Part shown: positions 1-6,945 of the stretch, one piece after another
How positions within the stretch are numbered: the stretch's first letter is position 1
Layout of the letters: each line of letters opens with the position of its first letter
Translations under genes and position numbers: made by a program
The notes under the pieces: generated by a model
The model's database searches: none
What the model saw: only the letters and a program-made list of their open reading frames with translations
What the model was told of the DNA's origin: nothing
Assembly (NCBI GenBank): GCA_050294405.1
Contig: JBNKOC010000021.1
Span: 1 to 64,000, forward strand
Length of the DNA: 64,000 bases
Source: Fibrobacteria bacterium
GTDB lineage: Bacteria; Fibrobacterota; Fibrobacteria; UBA11236; JADFYW01
Direction: 5' to 3'

Positions 1-179
1 ACGCAAACTACTTTTTCTGTTGAGTGACTGCGAAGCAAAATGAGACATGAGGGCAAAATGACATGAGCCGAACCCTTCGGCGAATGCCTTGCCCGAATGA
101 CCTCAAGCAAGCATTTATAGCTATTTGCCGTTAGGCCGAGGGGCACAAAGTGACCCGCAGCACCAAGCCTGTGTTGGGT
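1..179 (-). repeat. attC-like site A (truncated by window edge)
   Basis: Homologous to the right half of repeats B and C (gacatgagggca...gagccga...taggccgagg...ccgcagca.caagcc.gtgttgggt); ends in GTTGGGT at 173-179. Confidence 0.85.
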
Positions 180-923
180 TTATGTTGTTTGGAATGAAAA
201 ATGTCCTGACCTACAGCCGAGGCCTTCAAAATGTTGAAACTCTTTACTTTTTCCTATTTCTTGGCAACTCAAAATTTTACGATAATCTTATTTAACACCT
301 TTGGTTTTTGCAGACGAAATTAAAGATGGATAAATGTAATTATGCAAAAACCTTGTCTAAAGGCTCCCTTAAATAAGTACAGTTTCCAAAAAAATTTTGA
401 ATACCTACAACTTTTTAAAAAATGCACCTTTCTTTAAAACAAATCTAAAATTTAAAGGCTTAAAACATCGGCGAATAATTTTTGGGAAACCTTAACCACA
501 AAGAAAAACCTATGGAAAAGGGTTTTACTCAACCCCAAAAATTACGACATTTTTTTAAAAGTTGTAAGTTTTACCATATTTATCTCCCAGCAACATTTTG
601 AGAATAAGATTTTTTGATTCTTTTGCACCTGTCGTGGAAAACTGATTTTAACAAATGTATCAAAAAATCGATCGACCTTATGAAAATTTCTGATGAGTTA
701 AAACCGCTGTGCACCACGAATGTTTCTAAATGTGGTAACTTTTGAAGCTTAAATTTTTTCGATTTGATTTAACTTGATGCACAGCTTTCAGAAAACCGCC
801 TCAGCTTATTTCTTGTTTCCACGGTTTTTTGAACACCCTACCCTTTAAATGAAGTCGAAAAAATTGGGATAACATCAGAAATTTGTCTATTCCCCTCGGC
901 ATTTTGAAATGAAAAATAATTGA
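180..923. other. ORF-less, highly structured gene cassette body
   Basis: No ORF of 60 aa or more lies within it; many nested inverted repeats; bounded by attC-like sites A and B. Confidence 0.7.
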
Positions 924-1166
924 ACCCAACGTCCCGGGTTTGTTGGCGTTTCTGGATAGGCATTATTTGACAATTTACAGGGCAAGGCTTTCTGAGTTCA
1001 GATTCAAAGTTTGAAGCATTGCCGTGGAAATTGCGACATGAGGGCACAGACACGAGCCGACTCTTCGGCAAGTGCCTTGACCGAATGCTCAAATAAGCCT
1101 AGCCAGAAATGAGCCGTAGGCCGAGGATGTGCGACAGCGCACCGCAGCAACAAGCCCGTGTTGGGT
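924..1166 (-). repeat. attC-like site B (243 bp)
   Basis: Starts ACCCAAC (RYYYAAC) and ends GTTGGGT (GTTRRRY); arms cgggtttgttg / caacaagcccg pair; internal hairpins; highly similar to 1959-2201. Confidence 0.9.
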
Positions 1167-1192
1167 GGCGTGAGCTGCTTGAATTCTAATTT

Positions 1193-1606
1193 CTACCAGG
1201 GGTTATAAACTTCTACTCTACTTGGTGTCATGTCATGTTCATTTCGAGTTACTACTATTAAATTTCGAGAAAGTGCAGAACATGCAATTAAGCCATCAAT
1301 GACTGGCATTTTTTTACCACTTTTTTCTAACTCCCCTACTCTTCTTCCCCATATTTCAATTACACTCAAATCAATATCAATAATTTTATTTTTAAACCTG
1401 GACTCAAGCTGATGTAACCAGTCTATCAAATCGCGCTTCTTTTTTGATTCTTTTAACTTAGCAATTCCTTTCTTCAATTCGCCAATTGTTAAAACACTTA
1501 AATACAAATTTTCTTCTTCAACTTGACTTATCCATTTCAACACATTTTTGCTAGGATTTGGTTTTATTAACTCAGACACAACACATGTGTCAATTAAGTA
1601 TTTCAT
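1193..1606 (-). CDS. vapC: Type II TA toxin, VapC/PIN domain
   Basis: YLIDTCVVSE, SVLTIGEL, IDGLIACSA, VTRN PIN-domain motifs; 4-bp overlap with antitoxin. Confidence 0.92.
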   Translation of the reverse strand: MKYLIDTCVVSELIKPNPSKNVLKWISQVEEENLYLSVLTIGELKKGIAKLKESKKKRDLIDWLHQLESRFKNKIIDIDLSVIEIWGRRVGELEKSGKKMPVIDGLIACSALSRNLIVVTRNEHDMTPSRVEVYNPW

Positions 1607-1848
1607 AAATTAATTTCTCGACCTGTATCCAAGTCACGCGAAAGATCTAAATTTAGTTTTGGGGCTTTTTTGAAAAATGAAACAAGGCTTTCCTTCGGTC
1701 TTTTCATCTTTTCGTATTCCCCAATGGAAATAATAACCACTGAATCCTGTCCTCTTTTTGTAACAAATTGAGGACCGCTTGAAACGGCTTTTTCAACTAA
1801 CTCGCTAAATTTTGCTTTAGCTTCCTGCAATTGCCAAGTTTCTCTCAT
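1603..1848 (-). CDS. Type II TA antitoxin, Phd/YefM family
   Basis: WQLQEAKAKFSELV...GPQFVTKRG Phd signature; upstream of PIN toxin. Confidence 0.9.
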   Translation of the reverse strand: MRETWQLQEAKAKFSELVEKAVSSGPQFVTKRGQDSVVIISIGEYEKMKRPKESLVSFFKKAPKLNLDLSRDLDTGREINL

Positions 1849-1857
1849 TTTTGACCT

Positions 1858-1905
1858 CTAGTCAGACTAGTCTTTAATTATACGTATTTTGCAAAAATAT
1901 AGCAA
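1858..1905 (-). promoter_or_regulatory. Sigma70-type promoter and operator of phd-vapC
   Basis: Minus strand TTGCTA(1905-1900)-17 nt-TATAAT(1882-1877); palindrome ctagtc-a-gactag at 1858-1870. Confidence 0.75.
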
Positions 1906-1958
1906 GATTTTATGAAAAGAAGAGGAAAAACCCAAATTCCCACCAAGCTGCTCATGAC

Positions 1959-2201
1959 ACCAAACGTCCCGGGTTTGTTGACGTTTCTGGATAGGCATTA
2001 TTTGACAATTTACAGGGCAAAGCTTTCTGAGTTTATATTCCTAATTTACGGCATTGCCATGGAAATTGCGACATGAGGGCACCGACACGAGCCGAAACTT
2101 TGGCGAGTGCCCTGACCGAATGCCCAAATAAGCCTAGCCAGAAATGAGCCGTAGGCCGAGGAGCCACGACAGTGGCCCGCAGTAACAAGCCCGTGTTAGG
2201 G
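1959..2201 (-). repeat. attC-like site C (243 bp)
   Basis: ACCAAAC ... GTTAGGG ends; close copy of site B with same length. Confidence 0.9.
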
Positions 2202-2238
2202 GATGTTTGCAGCTGGCAATACTAAATAAACCTTTATC

Positions 2239-2562
2239 TTACCTTGAAAGTTTAGCACTTACAAATCTATTTAAGCTCACCTTTGATTCAGCAGCCTCTA
2301 TTGTTAACCTACGATGAACCTCCGGTGGAACTCTAACGATGAACTTTCCGCTATATTTTTTGCCAGAAATTGGCTCAGGAACTACTTCTCCAGATTTTTT
2401 CATATCCCGTATTACATCTAATACCAACTTGTGAACTCCTTTAAGTGCAAGTTCAGGACTAGTATCCAACCAACTTAAACTGGGAAACTCCAAACATACT
2501 CCTACATAACAATCATCTTCTTCGGACCATGTTACGCGATAAGTATAACGATCATTTTTCAT
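2239..2562 (-). CDS. hicB: Type II TA antitoxin, HicB family
   Basis: YTYRVTWSEED..YVG.C.EFPSLSW, C-terminal YSGKFIVRVPPEVHRRL ribbon-helix-helix. Confidence 0.9.
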   Translation of the reverse strand: MKNDRYTYRVTWSEEDDCYVGVCLEFPSLSWLDTSPELALKGVHKLVLDVIRDMKKSGEVVPEPISGKKYSGKFIVRVPPEVHRRLTIEAAESKVSLNRFVSAKLSR

Positions 2563-2800
2563 CTTGTAACCTCTCTATTGCCTTCAAAACCTGTTTTACT
2601 TGATATGGTTTCGCTTTCCCTTTGAAATTTTGAATATTTACCCTCGGATCTCCTTCCCATGGCGTCTTAAACACTTGATGACTACTGCCCGATTGCCTTG
2701 GTTTTCCGAAATAATGTTCACATATAAGCTTCAAATCATTAAACTTTACATTTGCAGAATTCTCTTTAAGTTTTTCAAACAATTTCTCAATTTTTGACAT
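2552..2800 (-). CDS. hicA: Type II TA toxin, HicA-like
   Basis: GSSH.VFKTPW.GDPRVNIQ...GKAKPYQVKQV motif; upstream of hicB; ATG at 2800 preferred over TTG at 2806. Confidence 0.85.
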   Translation of the reverse strand: MSKIEKLFEKLKENSANVKFNDLKLICEHYFGKPRQSGSSHQVFKTPWEGDPRVNIQNFKGKAKPYQVKQVLKAIERLQDEK

Positions 2801-2809
2801 ATTCAAAAT

Positions 2810-2855
2810 ATAGTATCATTAATGATATTATACAACAAACTATCTGATTGTGCAA
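2810..2855 (-). promoter_or_regulatory. Sigma70-type promoter and operator of hicAB
   Basis: Minus strand TTGCAC(2855-2850)-17 nt-TATAAT(2832-2827); 22-bp palindrome atagtatcatt/aatgatattat (2810-2831) overlaps the -10. Confidence 0.78.
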
Positions 2856-2988
2856 ATGTCAGGCTCACTGAAACAAGGCCAACCGGTCTAATCCCTAAAA
2901 TGAATAAAAAACTACAGAATTAAAGAATATCAAAGAAATGGGACTTTGAATCAAATCAGAGCTCTGTAAAAAAGCCAGCTAAAATGGC

Positions 2989-3186
2989 CCCTAACGTTTG
3001 CAGCTACGTGAAGTTTCTGCAAAAGCATTGCTGGTAAAATTCTAGAGGTTGTGGACTTAAGTTCCACTCTTTTTAACCCTCTAGAATGCCGGACACTCAA
3101 GGGGCTTGTCCCCTGGAGTGCCCACCAGCAAGCTTTTGCAGAAATTTGGGTCGCAGCGAAGCGGAGCCACGTAGCTGCTGTTGGAT
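2989..3186 (-). repeat. attC-like site D (198 bp, different sequence family)
   Basis: CCCTAAC...GTTGGAT ends; gcagctacgtg/cacgtagctgc and tttctgcaaaagc/gcttttgcagaaa arms; internal hairpins. Confidence 0.88.
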
Positions 3187-3207
3187 GATGTAGGGCAATT
3201 TGGTAAA

Positions 3208-3515
3208 CCTGCCAAACAAAACGGCAATACTTTTTTCCTTCTTTGATTAAAACAGCCTTCTTCATGTTAGTTATTTTCATCCTTTTTTGGAATAAGCTTT
3301 GCATATTCTCCTTTCTTAATATGAATTCAATATAAAACCTTTTAAAATAGCCTCTACTTGTGAAGACTATTTTAAAAGGCCTTATTAAAATTGAATCCAT
3401 ATTAACCAGAAAGGAATGCAAAGTATATGCCAAGACCGTGAAAATAGAACTAAACTAATAATAAGGCTGTCTTCTTCGTTTCATTAAAAGTAAAAAATTA
3501 TGCCGTTTTAGCAGG
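3208..3515. repeat. ~310-bp imperfect palindrome filling an ORF-less cassette
   Basis: Perfect central stem ccttttaaaatag (3338-3350) / ctattttaaaagg (3367-3379); pairing continues outward to cctgc/gcagg. Confidence 0.85.
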
Positions 3516-3621
3516 CATTTCATATAACCTCAGAAGGGTTCATATGATGTGTCCAGCGGTTTGGGGTGCACGGATGTATGTTGGTGCGTTGCACTGAACA
3601 TTGCACAAATTGCACTATTTT

Positions 3622-3650
3622 ATCCAACTACTAATTGGTTGCACTCCAAA
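3622..3650 (-). other. Candidate attI (primary recombination) site
   Basis: Minus-strand GTTGGAT at 3628-3622 matches the terminal repeat of the adjacent cassette, but no attC hairpin adjoins; minus strand reads gtgcaac-9nt-gttggat. Confidence 0.6.
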
Positions 3651-3717
3651 CAACAATCATTTTCCTATCGAATCTCTTATAATATTCCATTTTAGAAGTG
3701 TTTGTTGTAGTCAGAGC

Positions 3718-4509
3718 TTATTTATTATATAGATAAAAATCGGGGCTAAAGATGATGCCTATTTTGAATTTGGGTACATTGTCATCATAATTTGAGGAAA
3801 ATTTAGTTGTTCCAGCGATACCATAAAAATCCATGGCCTCATTAATTTTTGCCAATATCCCAACTTCCAAATTTATAAAACTCAAACTCCCGCCAAAATC
3901 AGCATGGGGATTCATACCACCAAAGCTAAATGCCAAAATAGGAGAAACAAGATAATCTAAGCTTCCATAAACTGACAACCCGTAATTAGTTCTAAACTCC
4001 ATATTATCTTCATTTATTTGCATAGTATCTTCACCTAAATACCCTTTATACCCATACTTCATACCTTTAATGTATTCCTTAAAATTTCCAATACCCCATT
4101 GTCCAGCAAACCCCAAATTTACTTTACCTATGTTATTTAAAATTCCAAAGACAACATCAGTATTAAATAATAAATATGAATCCTCGAACCCTCCATTAAA
4201 GTTCGCGCCAAGATATAGGTTATTACCTAAATTTTTCGCGTAAAAAAAGCTGCTGTAATTATTAAGCACATTTATTTTATAGTTATTAGGTTTAGTTTGA
4301 TCTATAAATGTCGAAAGCTTTGGATCTATAGAAAACCTGGTTCTATAACTCATAGCTTGAGAAAAGGTTAAATAATTTTTGCTTTTTAAATGGTACAACC
4401 TTGGGTAATCTGGAATAGCACCTTCCATTGACATCTTTTGAATTTCATACCTGGGGGCAGTACAACTTAAAATTGCCAATGCGACTAATGATGTGAATAA
4501 TCTAAACAT
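3718..4509 (-). CDS. Hypothetical lipoprotein, possible beta-barrel
   Basis: 263 aa; lipobox ILSC; alternating hydrophobic strands. Confidence 0.75.
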   Translation of the reverse strand: MFRLFTSLVALAILSCTAPRYEIQKMSMEGAIPDYPRLYHLKSKNYLTFSQAMSYRTRFSIDPKLSTFIDQTKPNNYKINVLNNYSSFFYAKNLGNNLYLGANFNGGFEDSYLLFNTDVVFGILNNIGKVNLGFAGQWGIGNFKEYIKGMKYGYKGYLGEDTMQINEDNMEFRTNYGLSVYGSLDYLVSPILAFSFGGMNPHADFGGSLSFINLEVGILAKINEAMDFYGIAGTTKFSSNYDDNVPKFKIGIIFSPDFYLYNK

Positions 4510-4511
4510 TG

Positions 4512-5141
4512 CTATCGAGGCATAAAAGAAAAGACTATCCCTTTTTTCTTTTTTTCGAAGTGGATAAAGTCCACAAAAAGCACAGCCGAAATAAGCAGTA
4601 GAATTTTGCTAATTTCAAACTCTTCATTTAGCTCAATCCTGAAATTGTCTGCATCGCTAAAAGCCTCCTTTAACATCCCGGACCATTCTTTTAATATATT
4701 GGCGCAAATAGAATTTCCCTTATACACTCTAAAAGTCCACGGTCTCCAAATAGGTCCTTTTATTGTCCAGATTATGTTTCCATTACCATCATAAACATCA
4801 TATGTTTTATAAAACAAGCTGAATAGTCGTTTAAAACTCCCTAACTTATTTTCGCCCACAGTAGAAATATGTGCCTCATGGAAATAAAAACGAAAGGGCC
4901 TTTTTATTTTCGCCAGTTCCTGATTTTGATTATCCTTAATGGTAATTTCAAAAGGGCGCAGGCTCCCTAAAAAATTCCTTTTAATCCATCCCTTTCCAGT
5001 TTCAGCGGCAAAAAGTCTGGAATTTAAATCTCCCAGATTTATTTCATATTTATTTTTGGTTTCAAAACCCGAAAAAATTTCTAGAGGTTCTTTAATTTGT
5101 TTAATCCAAATTTTTTGGGTAGGCGACATTTCAAACTCCAT
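4512..5141 (-). CDS. Scramblase / LURP-one-like protein
   Basis: GFETKNKYEI, RPFEITI, KEWSGMLKEAFSDADNF motifs typical of the scramblase/LURP-one family. Confidence 0.8.
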   Translation of the reverse strand: MEFEMSPTQKIWIKQIKEPLEIFSGFETKNKYEINLGDLNSRLFAAETGKGWIKRNFLGSLRPFEITIKDNQNQELAKIKRPFRFYFHEAHISTVGENKLGSFKRLFSLFYKTYDVYDGNGNIIWTIKGPIWRPWTFRVYKGNSICANILKEWSGMLKEAFSDADNFRIELNEEFEISKILLLISAVLFVDFIHFEKKKKGIVFSFMPR

Positions 5142-5251
5142 TTACAATTGGAATATATATTCTAATTTTCTTATAGGAAGATAAAAAACTTGAAGATGTT
5201 AATTTTAACAAGACCCAATTACCCTCTTTTTAGCTACCGTTTGGAAAGAAT

Positions 5252-6103
5252 ATGAAATTAATAGGATACATTGCTTGTTCATGCTTAATCCTGGCATGTA
5301 GCGGACCAAGAAATATTATTCACAGCGGTAAAGTTACAGAAAAAGGGAAATTTTCATTGGGTGGCAATGGAAGTTATAACTTTTCAATGGCCACTCTAAG
5401 CGCCATGAGCGATGCCCTTAAAAGTCAAATTTCTGATATTGTGAATAAAGATACGGCATACGTGGATCAAAGTTTTAATGAACAAATAAAACCCCTGATA
5501 GTTTATTCTTTAGACCCATTGGCAGCAAGTTTTGAATTGTTTGCCAGATATGGCATCTTTAATAACATGGATGTGGGTTACAATTGGGCTTCCGGTACCC
5601 ATGTTTTTGACACTCGCTACCAGTTTATGCGCGCTGGAAATTTTGATGGAAGCCTGGGATTTCAATTTTCTATGCAAAGTTACGAGCTCCCCTCATTTTT
5701 AGGCAGTCTCCAATCTTATTTGCAATACGAACTAAAACGGCGGGATTTTTTAATTCCTTTGACATTTAGCAAGCCTTTAGGCCATCAAGAGAAATACGGA
5801 GCTTTAGGATTCGGACTTGTCTATGGACGTAGTTTTATAAAATACGATTTTAATCCAAATAGTTTATATCAATTAGTATCGGGTCAGGTTGAAGAAATCA
5901 ATTACATTCCCAGAGGAAGCAATAGTTACAACACTTACGGTTGTTTTTTCAACTTGAAGCTAGGCTTCCAATATGTTTATTTGTTAACTGGGCTTTCAAG
6001 TTACTATCAAAATTACGGTAAATACAATTTGTTTTTAGGCGAACAAAAAAGCTTTTCTGGAATAACTTTGGTGCCTAATATGGGAATTCAATTTAATTTT
6101 TAG
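5252..6103 (+). CDS. Hypothetical lipoprotein, possible beta-barrel
   Basis: 283 aa; lipobox ILAC; ends GIQFNF. Confidence 0.75.
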   Translation: MKLIGYIACSCLILACSGPRNIIHSGKVTEKGKFSLGGNGSYNFSMATLSAMSDALKSQISDIVNKDTAYVDQSFNEQIKPLIVYSLDPLAASFELFARYGIFNNMDVGYNWASGTHVFDTRYQFMRAGNFDGSLGFQFSMQSYELPSFLGSLQSYLQYELKRRDFLIPLTFSKPLGHQEKYGALGFGLVYGRSFIKYDFNPNSLYQLVSGQVEEINYIPRGSNSYNTYGCFFNLKLGFQYVYLLTGLSSYYQNYGKYNLFLGEQKSFSGITLVPNMGIQFNF

Positions 6104-6106
6104 CTA

Positions 6107-6922
6107 TTACCAGTGCCAAATTAAACCGGCCTGAAAATCCCAATCCAGCTTTGCTTTTATGTCGCTGCTTGGCCTTTGGCTGTGGTTTTGTTTATTTTGA
6201 CGCGCTCCTATGGCAGCCGATCCGTAAAAATCCCAATTTGATTCAAAACGGTTGCGGTATCCTATGTTGGCCAACTGGCGAAATTCCAGTTTTTGGATTT
6301 CTTCATAGGAATTGAATCTTAAAATTTCCGGTTTTTCCCAGGAACTTTCCGCGTATATTTTTGGTCCCAGTACTAGCATTGAATTTTGGTTTAATTTTAA
6401 TGAAAATTGGGGATGAAAAGCCGCTTCTAGGTTTTCTAAAAAGTTATCCCTTCCATAAGCCATAAGGAAAGGAAAATCAAGGCGGTACCACTCTTCGCTG
6501 CGATAACTCACCTCCCATCCGAACACACTAATTACATTAAGCCCCATTCTATCGCTATATCCTATAGGAAAAGCCCCCGTGGATACAACATTATAGAACT
6601 TTTTTGGAGTGATTTTACCTGTTTCATAGAAATCATTTTTGTTTAATAAAATCCGAAAGTAAGGGGTTAGCAAATAGGGCATATCCACGTTTTTCCCAAT
6701 ACCTCTACCAGGAATAACTCCTGGCAAAATAACATAGCCCCAAAAGGCATCTGAATTTTCAATTAAATCTCTATTCATTTTAAAACGGTGGACATTCATC
6801 TTTTTAGGAATGATTACCGGATCATCAATTGGGTTTTGCGGCAATTGTTTTGGGGCATTAGCGCATTGTACGAACAAAAATGCAACCCAGAATGCGATAC
6901 AGGTTTTAATAAATTTTTTCAT
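6107..6922 (-). CDS. Hypothetical lipoprotein
   Basis: MKKFIK...FVQC signal; C-terminal aromatic strand GLIWHW; start moved to ATG 6922. Confidence 0.7.
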   Translation of the reverse strand: MKKFIKTCIAFWVAFLFVQCANAPKQLPQNPIDDPVIIPKKMNVHRFKMNRDLIENSDAFWGYVILPGVIPGRGIGKNVDMPYLLTPYFRILLNKNDFYETGKITPKKFYNVVSTGAFPIGYSDRMGLNVISVFGWEVSYRSEEWYRLDFPFLMAYGRDNFLENLEAAFHPQFSLKLNQNSMLVLGPKIYAESSWEKPEILRFNSYEEIQKLEFRQLANIGYRNRFESNWDFYGSAAIGARQNKQNHSQRPSSDIKAKLDWDFQAGLIWHW

Positions 6923-6945
6923 TTTTAATTTTCCAACAAGGCAAT

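Noticed and set aside
838..1092. 84-aa ORF
   Set aside because: Runs through attC-like site B; TTG start and no recognisable motif
2951..3433. 160-aa ORF (or 117 aa from ATG 3304 with an AAGGAG RBS)
   Set aside because: Spans the long hairpin, reads through attC D and stops in the next cassette. The RBS is paired in the hairpin. Probably spurious, though not excluded.
1..3628. CRISPR array or retron interpretation of the repeats
   Set aside because: Repeats are about 200-243 bp with gene-sized spacers; no cas or reverse transcriptase gene in the window
3566..3644. TTGCAC repeats as a Fibrobacter-type LexA box (TGCNC-N4-GTGCA) or sigma54 promoter
   Set aside because: The repeats are direct, not inverted at the needed spacing; no such box upstream of the recombinase either
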